Assembly (NCBI GenBank): GCA_001949185.1
Contig: BDGG01000001.1
Location: 7,576,149 to 7,640,148 of the forward strand
Direction of reading: 5' to 3'
Length of the DNA: 64,000 nucleotides
Origin: Ramazzottius varieornatus
Taxonomy: Eukaryota; Animalia; Tardigrada
Positions 22,801 to 33,674 of this stretch are shown here, one piece after another. Under the pieces are notes generated by a model. That model had not been told where the DNA came from. It did no database searches and saw only the letters and a program-made list of their open reading frames with translations. The position numbers were made by a program, and so were the translations under genes. Each line of letters starts with the position of its first letter. The stretch's first letter is position 1.

Positions 22801-24656
22801 TTGCGCGACTAAGGAGAAAGTCTGCTAGCGAAATGTGGCGGTCCTCGCCTACATCAATGTATTGAACTGCTTATTTAGCTTGGGAAACCGGTATGCAGGT
22901 GCCTGCGATTTTATGTCGAGATGTTGCGTCAGGTACCTGCATACCGGTACCACACGGTGAATGTAGGGTGAAGTGTACGCAGGATTAAGAATATACATTC
23001 GTCAAGTAAGCAGGTTCTCGATATGCTGAAATTTTTTGACAGAATCAACCACTGCACGATGTGATGCAAGAAGCTTTAACGAAGCACGTTCAAGGTCAAA
23101 AGTTCAGAGAGCGGAATGCCGGGTGGAACCTGGATCAGAACATGGATAACGAGGGCTTCAACAACGGCATCGGCGTCGACCTTAGCACCGGCTTCGTCTT
23201 CGGGGGCAACCCGCACAACTGTGGCACCTGGATGGACAAGATGGGTAGCTCGGAGAGAGCAGGCACCAAAGGCAAGCCCGCCACACCGCGAGATGGCTCA
23301 GCTATCGAACTGGTAGCGCTATGCAAAGCTACCGTAGCATGGCTAGCCGAAATGAGCCAGAAGGGCGTGTATCCTTATGGAAGCGTCACTTATAAGAATG
23401 GGCGTAAGTTCGAAATCGTTTTAGTCCAATAAAACATGTGTCAGATCTAGACAAACAAACTGGACAGGATCGTTTTCCAGGTGGCGCACTGTTTACCCGA
23501 AAATGACAACGTGCGCCACTGGGACAAACTCGACAAGGTTTTCTAAGTGGCGCAGCTGTCAGCTCGTAACAGCGAAAACATGCGCCACTTGGGACGACGT
23601 TCTTTTCATCTCTCGGTTTTGTTGGTTTTCCGTTCATTTGTGTGCTTCAAAGTGGTTGTCCGTTTCAGACGGCGGTGAGAAGTCAATCAGCTTCGCCGAC
23701 TGGGACAAGTTAATACAGAGCAACTTTGAGAAGTGGTTCTTTGTCAGCGAGAAGAGCCCGGCTGAGTTTGTCAGAAGAGACTACGTTCAAGTCCAACCCA
23801 TGTACAAGGATACTTGCGGGTCCTTCCACTTTTGGGCGGACTACCAACTGCGACCGAACATCTGTGTCGCTATGGTCGTTGTAAGTCAGCCTCTTTTACT
23901 GACTCTATTTCGAATGGAAGACGCTGGTACCGGAACACTTTGTTTAGGCTCCGGAAATGTTCGACGCGAAGAACGCGTGGGCCGTTCTCGACATTATCCA
24001 GGCGAGATTGGTCGGTCCGCTCGGAATGAAGACGCTCGACCCTCAGTGAGCTATCTTTGTGAGGTGAGTCTCAAAGCCTTCTCCGAAACCTAACATGTCT
24101 TTTCGTAGTGATTACGCGTATGAAGGAAATTACGACAACAGCAATCGAAGCGACAACCCGAGATTGGCCGATGGTTTCAACTACCACCAAGGACCGGTAA
24201 GATATCTGAGAACTGGGCAAATAAACATACAAGACTGTCATCTGGAGTGGCGCACCCTCCCGTTCAGCAACTATGAACGAGTGCGCCGCTGGAGAATACG
24301 ATCTTATGCGCTTCGTTTCTCCATCCTTCATCTGTCATCCTCGTGCTGCCGAAGGACTCTGTCTTGATTTGTGTTCTATGTAGGAATGGTTGTGGCCCAT
24401 GGGTTACTTCCTTCGAGCCAAGTTGATCTTTGCTCAGAAACAGCACGATCCACAAGTTGTTCGGTCCACCATACGCTATGTACGGTCAGTGCTGGCTCGG
24501 CACTGGGCGTACATCCAAGAGTCCGACTGGAAAGGTCTACCGGAACTGACTAACGCCAACGGCGCCTACTGCCGAGACAGTTGTGAAACACAGGCTTGGA
24601 GTATAGCTTCCATACTGGAAGCTGTACACAGTCTCCAAGAACTCTCCGATCACTAA
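16894..24656 (+). CDS. AGL: Glycogen debranching enzyme (4-alpha-glucanotransferase/amylo-1,6-glucosidase), >20 exons
   Basis: [63 protein letters not shown]...[34 protein letters not shown]...QAWS. Confidence 0.96.
17374..17583. repeat. Intronic GGCGCAC palindrome family, dimer (AGL intron)
   Basis: Two core pairs inside GAGCCGGCAAAC...TTGCCAAGCTC. Confidence 0.8.
18279..18398. repeat. Intronic GGCGCAC palindrome family copy (AGL intron)
   Basis: TGGCGCAC...GTGCGCCACTT with arms. Confidence 0.75.
21210..21352. repeat. Intronic GGCGCAC palindrome family, dimer with one spacer-less unit
   Basis: Perfect AAGTGGCGCACGTGCGCCACTT at 21220, followed by a normal unit. Confidence 0.8.
21836..21956. 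repeat. Intronic GGCGCAC palindrome family copy (AGL intron)
   Basis: GGGAGCTCGG...AAGTCGCGCAC-N24-GTGCGCCACTT...GGCTCCC. Confidence 0.8.
23444..23605. repeat. Intronic GGCGCAC palindrome family, dimer (AGL intron)
   Basis: Two core pairs. Confidence 0.8.
24208..24305. repeat. Intronic GGCGCAC palindrome family copy (AGL intron)
   Basis: AGTGGCGCAC-N25-GTGCGCCGCT. Confidence 0.75.
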
Positions 24657-25593
24657 AGTTCTCTGTTCTAAGACGTCACGAGTTTTGGAACCCCTTTGGA
24701 AATCTCTCACATGCTCGTACTTCTTGAACTGGTGATTAGGAACTTTAGGGTGTACTTTCAGTTTTAAATTCGTATCAATAATTTAGTGCTCTCATACTCT
24801 GGCTATATTTCACGTGGTTGGTTGTTGTGACGTGCGTTTGTTGAGTTTCGTGGCTGTTACGCGTTTGCCCCATTTTTACGCTTGGCATGTTTGCGTGTTG
24901 TGCTTTTATCCCAACCATACTTCGCAAATCTGTAGGTCTGTACTGGTAGAAGGTTTCCGTCTGTCTCCGTAGAAGGTGTCCGCGCTCATGAGTTGCTCAC
25001 AATAAACTTGAGGAAATGTGAAAGGGAATATGTAGTACCACGAACGTCGAACGGCAGTTAATGAATAAACGACAGTTGTTGAAACACAGTAAATTACAAC
25101 GCACGTCCAAATCCGGCCCTTGACCATGGCAGGTTGAATAGCGCTCTGGTTGAAAGACTTTACAAGTCGGAAGGTGAATGGCTGTAGTCCATCGGAGATC
25201 TTCAACCGAACATGAAAGCCCGGTTTCTTTCAGGGCAAAGAGCCGATGAGGTTCGTATCTACAAGGAGCACCGTAAACATCGTTATTGTAGGACGAGCGC
25301 GCCTTGTGCGTCTATACCATTGCGATCAGAAACGTGAGGACAATGCAAATTAACCAATCAAAACGAAGGCGGAGTTTGGGGCGGTATTGCAATCAAAATT
25401 TTTGTTAGGCTTTATTGACAGCACTCTGTGAATCACCACTTGGTTGGCAGATCATTATTGAAAAGAAGATCCTCCAAACGCTTTTCCATCGTTCCGTACA
25501 CTATTTTACAGAGCTGTCGATATCACAGAATAGGTCACAGGAATTTAAAAGTCAGGAAGACTCCTGGTATCACGAAGGAACACCCGTTACGCC

Positions 25594-26128
25594 CAGTGTT
25601 GAACAAGTACTGGCTCTTCGGTACTCGGTAAAGTAAAGTATTTCGGCTCTCCTCGCAGGTAAAGTCTCGTTATTTGGTAAGATTCACAGGTAATACCGTC
25701 GATAAATTACTGTCCAGAAAGAATACCGAAAGTACCGCAAAAAATGATTTCAAAATGGAATGCTGGTTTCCCGCACCCACGTACACCATAACGCTGGCCT
25801 GCAGCAGGTCGCTAGGCTCCATACTTCGCATTGTGAGTGTGCATATGCGCTGGTTGGAATACGGTCGAACGTAGTACAGTGAGCAGCGCCGTGTTCTGGG
25901 CTCGAAAATGCTGTTATTTCTGGCAATTGAACCGAAGCGTCCAGTACTTTCGCGGTACTTTCGGTAATTACCGCCAGCCTTCGGTACCCGGTACTACTGG
26001 GTAAATACCTGAAATACCTTCCTTAAGGTACAGGTATCGACCGCCGGTACCTGGTAAAGTACAAGTGCTGCGAAATCGGTACTTAGTACAGCTATTACCG
26101 TGTAGTTCCGGTACTTTGTTCAACACTG
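25594..26128. mobile_element. hAT-type MITE with GTAC/GGTA-rich arms
   Basis: TIR CAGTGTTGAACAA / TTGTTCAACACTG; perfect 8-bp TSD GTTACGCC. Confidence 0.88.
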
Positions 26129-26349
26129 GTTACGCCTGAAACAGCTGACTGAACCGGAAACGTTGATCAAGGCTTTTGATTACAATGAAGTCACGTCATA
26201 CAGTCAGTTTTGATTGATTGATCGCCCATGTCCTCACGCTCCTGATCGCAATGGTGCTTACTTTTCATCAGATGCTGTTCCGGGGCTTAGAGACTAAGGG
26301 AGGAAACAGTGCAATACGGCCTACTGTCCCTCAAATTTCCACACGGTTA

Positions 26350-29200
26350 GAGTCACCCTCGATACTCCAATGTTGGACGGTGAAGAGATGACCTGAAGAT
26401 GTGCAGAACGATGTCATAGTTCAGCTTATCCCATCTCGCTGTGGCGGTGCTGTAATGTGTTTCGCTTAGCTCGCTCTTGAGTCGCTTTGTTGGTGCATCC
26501 ATCGTGATTCTCTGAGATCCCTTCGTGCTTTCAGACATCCTCTTAGCCAGGTTTCAGCCCTGTACAACGAAGGCTTCTTTCATCCTGATGATCAAGCTGC
26601 TTACTTCAAGAGACGGCGACCCAAAGACCCTGGGCGAAGCTCAAAACACGTAGCAGGAAAGGTCCTCCGGTCCAGGGTGGCAATATCCATGGAAACTGTG
26701 CGTGCGACATGGCCCACGTTGCGGGGACCAATGTATTGATAGCAGCTCCTTCGGCATTCGGGTCCGACAATGTCACAGATGTACCTATACTGTCACAACA
26801 GGGCACAACATTCCAAACAAACCAGGTTGCTACAGTTGTGACAGTATAGTTTCTCTATGACAGTTGTAACAGTTGTGACAGTTGTGACAGTTGTGACAGT
26901 ATATACTGTCGTGGCATTGTCGGAGGCCTCGGGAAGGGCGGTGGTCAGTTTGTGCCGGTTCAGGCTGAAACTCTGGGGCATGGCGGGTTAGCTTTAGGGC
27001 CGCTCTTGCGACAGGCCGGTCCTCGCATAGAGAAGCGCAACTCACCTCAACGGTAGGGCAGGGAAGCCTGTACTGCCGTTAAGGAAGGAAAGAACAGAGG
27101 AAAGTACAACCATCCACCAACAATGAGCCATCTCGTCTGGCGAAAAATACTGACCGGCGCAACCGTTCACCATGTGGTGCAGGTCGTCCACCAATCAGCT
27201 ACGCGCCGACAGAAGCACAACACCAGCCACACTTCCACCGACAACAGGGAAAGGAATAATTCGGCAACGAACCGAGAGACAAGGGAATAAAAGACCAGCG
27301 CGACGGATCAAAATTCGACAGATCGATGGCGCCATAGGCCTGCTGGGCCGTGCTAGCTGACAGCGGCCACCCTAGTGGCACGATAGTCTGGACGATAATC
27401 CATTTCCGTATATCCCATCTGCACCCAGGCTAGTAGAATATGCGGCGACATTTTCAAAAACGCGCTGGGCAGCACCCGCTGCAACAAGGAGACGCTGATG
27501 GTGGCGTCATTCGCCACGGGATCGTCTGCCACAGCGTGCATATACGAGCGGACAAAGTCGACCACAAAGTCCAAGTAGGCCATCTCTGTCCCTGTTGTCC
27601 GGGCGTTTTGTCCTTCGACGGGGCAGAAAGACGATGGGAGTGCCCCCCGCGGCCCGTTCAAAGGCGCGGCGAATCGCTGTGGTGAGAAAAAGGCCACACC
27701 GTCAGCACTGTCATTTGACCTGTGGCAAGAGTGATTTGCTAGTAAAAAACAAATTACACTTGTTGTTCTAAAGCCCTGCACTGTCGGCCGTCACCACCCA
27801 GGTGTTTGGCTCCATCTGAGAAACGGTCAAAGTCCAGCGCACCGTCGGCTTTCAGGCCACGAGCTCACGCATTCTCCACCAGTCAGTTCAGATGGCGCAC
27901 AGTTTCTTGGTTGAGCGGACCGCGACTGTTGGTGCCCAGCACCAAGGTGAGATGGTCCCGCAGTTCGTCGGCCCGCTCAAACCGGTCGTCCACTTCCTAC
28001 ACCGCACCCACCACCGTCCTCACTGAAACACGACCCTCATCAGACCCCGATTCGACACTAGCGGCCGCGGCGACATTGGCGGACCCCTCACAGGGGTTGT
28101 CGCCAGAAATACCGACACTTACTGTCAAACATTATTTTAGCTTCAAGACGCTTCTCTGCATCACGATGCGGCTTCTGGTTCCACACCAGACACTGTTGGT
28201 GTTGGCCACCGGAAAGGGATTGCTGTTAAAGGCAGGGCGTCCTGTTCGCTGGTACACTGGATGATGGTGGCGATAGTGGCTCAACATGCCGTGATAAGAA
28301 GTCAACGCTGTAAAAGGACAGTGTGGCGTTGTGCAGGGGAACATTTGCACCTGCAGGTGCTGAGCCAAGACGTGACGAATGGCCGTGCTGCGCCGTGCAA
28401 AATGGGTGCCGTCCGCTCTGCAGATAAATTTCTTCCCTACAATTCAAACAGTCCATTTACCCCACGACGACACGTTTTCACCCACTATAACAATACCAGA
28501 CCAGTGTGTGCTCCCACTCGCGTCGAACATGGTGCCCATCTTGCGATAGTCCCTCGATGAGGTACCGCGCCGCCCCGGCAAACTCGGGCCTTTTGAAAGA
28601 AAAGATCCTGGTTTGTCACCGGGTCACAAGGAATCTTGTTGGACCTGTCACATGCCAAGATTTGCAAATTTCGGAATGTGCGGCCGCAATGTACACAGTA
28701 CAGCCCTCGGCACTCGTGAAACTCTGGGTGACCTACACACACAATTCACTGCCGAGTGTCCACTGCTGGTCAGTTCAAACTGTCAACGAAAAAAGGACGC
28801 CACCTACCACGTACGGGGATGTTCATCCGATGACCCCGCAAGTTTATCGGCGTGGCCGTCTTGTGGATTCCATTCTACCGTCACGGGCTCGGTACTTCCG
28901 GTTTGGGCTACTTGGAGGGTGCGGCGCATGTGCATACCGCCGTCGACCCAACCTGATACACTCCCCTTTGGATATCACTTGTAAAAGTGAAATCGGCGTG
29001 TTGCTCGGGCTTCGTGAAAGTGGCCTGATGGAAGATGCCTGACGAACCGGGAAGATGCCTGACGAACCTAAGGGAAACAGCAAAAGAATGAGTATGGGCC
29101 GTGGGCAGCAAACAAGAAGCCATGTTGTCCTGTCGATTCAAACAGGCCTGCCGCTGCACAATAGCCAATGTGCCAAAAAGTTGGTTCCCGTATGTAGTGC
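26350..29200 (-). other. Intron-poor cluster of short degenerate ORFs (F-box-like, Cys/His-rich); possible relic of a large mobile or viral element
   Basis: WDKLNYDIVLHIFRS (F-box-like); CTTPHCPF...MLSHYRHHH (C2H2-like); CVHC and CLNC motifs; frameshifts. Confidence 0.3.
26830..26902. repeat. 9-bp tandem repeat (ACAGTTGTG)n
   Basis: About five near-perfect units at 26859-26900 plus one at 26832. Confidence 0.8.
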
Positions 29201-31316
29201 CCGTCATAAGACTAACGAATCAAACTCGGGTCGGTTAATTTATTAGTATTAAATTAGATGAACGCCAGAGCTAGAATTATCATATTTGAATCAAGCCGCA
29301 GGGCTCTCCGTATAAAAATTTTCAAAATGCGGATTTTGGCTTCAGTTGATCAAAGTTATGCTTGATTTGCGTCCGCAACAAGCGTGAAACTGTGCGCCGT
29401 GCGCTATACGCCAGTAGATCTTACGCATCAAGCACCTGCGCGTGTGTTACACTCACGAACGTTCGAATGTGGTGACTTGATTGAAGCAACCTATTTGATT
29501 GGTGAATGCAGGACTGCGATTTCGGCGACTAACTGGCATACCCGCCAATCGCGCTGTAAAAAACGCATTGCAGCGCGATCCCGCAATGCGTTTAGGATGA
29601 CTGTCATCTCAAGGATGCCAGCACGGCTTGAAAGAGGGACTTCCCCGAGCACCAGGCAGAAGAGACAACAGCCGCTAAAACTGCTGTTATTTTTAGACGG
29701 TTCCGTGGTAGTACTTTTAACTGATGATTCATGACCTTTTTATTGCTGGATATGGATAAAACTGTTTTGCTGGTGAAATTGTTAAGGAAGAAAGTTATCT
29801 TTTCCCGTTGACATGTGGATCTAAAATTGACTGAAATATTATGATATATTATAATAAGAACCCAGCGACGCAAGTTAATATATTAACATTAAATTACATG
29901 CCCTGCGGTCGGGGCATATTGAATTAAGATTATATTAGAACTCTGACAGCCCGGGCTTATTAAATTAAGATTATATCAGGTCGCGATACCCTTATGCCAA
30001 CATCACTACTCCAGACCTTCGGAAAGCAGACAGAAACCATCATGAACGGCAGACCATGTTTCGGCAGTGCGCGACTGAAACGGGTCCAGTCCCGATCCTA
30101 CATCACAAACACCGGATAACTACAGCCTGACCCCGGTTTCAGTACGGAAACATGTCTGAATTGCCTTACCTTCGACAGGGAGACTTTCAGGACTCCGCGG
30201 GACTCCTCGTCAGTGAGGCAGTAAATACGCTTGACACAGCCACGACGAGCCAGAAAACGGATGGTAGCCTCGGTGATGCCTAGGAAGTCGCAGGATGAAG
30301 GGAAGAATGACCAGCGCGGCGCCGCTTCCCTGCAACCAGGTATCTCATAAACAAGGGAGTGTAATGCGGCCCGCTAATCCAAAAAGCATTTTCTACCTTA
30401 CTTAGGTAGAAAGATTCACCTTTTTTCCGCAAGACTGAGAAAAGGAAGAGATCGCAGAGTTGCACAGGATGGGGGAGCCGGAAAACCTTGAAGAAAGATC
30501 CAGAAGTTTGAACTTGCGTCTCGGAAATTTACCGCTCTCCCATCGCGTGCAACAGGTGCGAGCCTCGCAAGGCGTGCCGATCCGCCGATCCTTTGACCCC
30601 CAGCTGTAATCTCGGTGCGCGTCCGGCTGAAGTTGTGCACCTCGCGGTTGGCACCGCCAATCCGACAAAAACATCCCCTCAAGTGGCGCACGTTTTAGAT
30701 CTTACTGGATGGTGACGCGCGCAGTGATGGCAAACTTCTTCGCTCAATGGACGAAATTAATATAGGCCGTGAAAACCCCACCGTTGAGCCTTTCGGATGC
30801 CGTTGTCGCGACAGCGGATACCCGCCAGCGAAGTGTAAACGGAAAACACGGTATGGGCGGTCTAGGTTTGGGTGACGGGTCGCTCCGGCACTAGGCCGTT
30901 CGGCGTGTGACGTCACGCAAAGGCTCAAAAGGGAGTCACACAAAAGTCGTCCATTAGTCCTCCTCACGACGAGCTGTTTATGTCGCAAACGGTTGATTTA
31001 AAATTTGAGTTTGCTTGATCAACGGAAATTAGTCGTGAGTGAGGCAAAGTTGCGTTTTCGAAAGTCTCGGAAACGGGAGCGAAAATGCGCGAGTTTTGCG
31101 GGGTAGGTTTGTAGGCAAACTTTGCCTCCTGACTAGGCTGAAATTCCTGGTTATTTCTCTGGCTAGTCTCTGTCTGTCGATATCCCCGACACTAATAGGT
31201 ATCAAGAAGCCCATACGTGAAACGGTATCTAGCAACGCGAAGCACTGTGACAGACAGAGATCAGCTGAGAAATGAAAATTTGAAATTTTGAGTCAAGTGT
31301 GCGGAGAATAATCCGT

Positions 31317-31366
31317 TTTCGCTTTCAAGATAAGCTACTCGAGGGCTGCTTATCTTGAAAGCGAAA
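31317..31366. repeat. Perfect 19-bp inverted repeat
   Basis: TTTCGCTTTCAAGATAAGC-N12-GCTTATCTTGAAAGCGAAA. Confidence 0.85.
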
Positions 31367-32143
31367 CTTCGTAATCCACTTTCAAGATCAACACAATCAA
31401 CGGAGTTTTACGGCCTGTCGTGAGGACTATTGAGCGAAGAAGTTTGATGATGGGGCAATCCACTCGTGTCTGGAGGCCCAGTGGTCTCGTCAGCTCGTTC
31501 CTGCTGTCTTTTGCCAGCTGCCGTTTGCTCGCTGTCGTTTGCTCGTTCTCCTGCTGCCGAGACGGCCAAAGTGTCTACTTTCAAGCTTCTACCATAGCCC
31601 GTCTTACATTCAACGGCAGCCTAGGTCGAAACCCAGTAGTCTACAACTCTGCCGTCGACTCCCGTCAACTTCCGGCCACTGTGATACTGTCGGCCACCGC
31701 GGCATTGGCGGAACCTCCGCCATGCCACGGTGGCCGGATTGGTTCCGGCGGCCTGGTTGGCGCTCACTCCGGAAGATTGGGACTTGCTCTGGTCAACGGA
31801 CTGGTTGGCTTGGTTGACACTAGCGCTCTGGCTGTTTCCTCGCGCTCCGGCGTTACCTAGACGAAATCCAAAACTGATGAGCTCGAAACTGCACGTCGGA
31901 TACCAGCGTCGAAAAAAGCCGATGATAATATCGCCAGTAATGGAGAGCTCGCCGCGGCAACCCTACTTGAACATCGTTTTTTGCAAGTGGCACCTTGTAA
32001 TGTGCCCTTGTCCCACCAATACTTCGTGTGGCAGTATCGCCACCACGGACCGTTCCGCCCGTTCCTTCCTCACGGAAACTCGTACGCAGACATCGTTCCG
32101 ATGGTTGAATGTACCTTCCTGCCAGTATGACATGTTACCTTTG

Positions 32144-32325
32144 GCAAAATGCAGTCTGGTGGAAGCGCTGGAAGTGGCCTCTCTCCATCCAGCTCATTTT
32201 GGGCCTGGACCGACGCAACGGTACTTTAGCCTATGGAGCTGACGCCTACTTCGTGGTTCTCGATCGAGACCTGGAGGTGCTGGCAACTTTCATTGCTGGC
32301 CAGTGTGTCTGGCGCCGCGATGAGG
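32144..32325 (+). pseudogene. AMDHD2: N-acetylglucosamine-6-phosphate deacetylase C-terminal fragment, frameshifted
   Basis: CSLVEALEVASLHPA, frameshift, then ILGLDRRNGTLAYGADAYFVVLDRDLEVLATFIAGQCVW; matches the AMDHD2/NagA C-terminus; no upstream exons seen. Confidence 0.8.
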
Positions 32326-33674
32326 GGAGGACGCGGCACTTCGTCCGTAGTCATAGTTTTCTCGCTTCTCCGCGATTAACTCTTGCAATGAGCGGATGGA
32401 AAACAGAGAAGTATCGAAATGTACCTGCTTTGTCTGCTGACTGATATGTAATGGACGAGAGTCACGAGACTATTGATGAGAAGATTCTGCCTTTATGATT
32501 TACGTACAAGAGTAGCAAGACCAAGGAGATTATGGTCTGGTAGTCTGTCCAGCTTGACCAGACAGCCCAGAGCTACGTATGAATGGCTAAGTGCTCACAC
32601 AAGGGCGTGCCGCTATATGCCACGTGAGGGAGGAGCTGCAGTGACGTTGAAAGGGGGGCGTCTGCTGTTCAGTGGCTAGCACGGCTTTATCGGGGCACGG
32701 CCCTGCAGCGTACCATGGTCCAATGGATCTGTGCAGACTGCGCTGCAGAGTGAGTGCATTCCATCGATTCTTTCTTTTTCTTTCATGGCTGCTGCGGAGT
32801 GATGTGTGTGTATTTTACTCGCTCGAGAGAAACGAAACGAGACGCTCTCATCAGCTCGGATCTCTCCTTTGACTGGCGCAGTCGTGTGCAAGATGTGTGT
32901 AAAATAATACTATATGCGACGGCTTAGGCATTTGGAAATCGGAAAGCGATGCGTGGTGTGGTGGCAGCGGTTACGGATCACGACAAACGCGCTGCATTAT
33001 TTTTAGACTGACGGATTATTTTTGTTGCAGTTGCACCACTCTATGCTCCGGAATCTATGGAATATGGATTGCAAAATTGGTGGGATAATCACACTGTGTG
33101 AATTTATTCATAAATTATTCATGGGTTTTGAAGCAAAAAACGCGGAATTTTAAAGGATCAAACTGACTACCCCCAAGGTAAGCCCCACGTGTTTAAGTTC
33201 TTAATTTTCAATTGGACTAATCGTAGAAAATCGGCAAAATAAGCCGGAATTAAATTTGATATGGCAGGCTGTCAGTTGCATTTGTCCGATTGATGTGCTT
33301 GATTGGTCAGTGCTTTTAGCTTGATTAGATTGTCTGTTTGCACTGGAGCGCTGGCCATAATTTGGCATGGTCAGTGCGTTATCAAATCCATTTTGGAAAA
33401 TTAAACTGGCATGTGGTGCCTCTTTCTTTCTTTTGTCAAAATGAAAGCAGAATCGCCACATCTGGGCAGATGCTTGGTGCTATGTGTCTGTCCGCGATGA
33501 ATGGCCGAATAACACAAGCTAATTGCTCTAACCTCGATACACTTTCCTTTTTGCAGATGTTTATTCGGCGGGCAGTGTAAAGAGGTCCTAGTGAAATCAA
33601 TTGCGCGGAAGTTGGTACTGCTACACGGACTCTGTAATTTGCGTCGGCGTTGATCGCCTCCTCCTCTTCACTCC

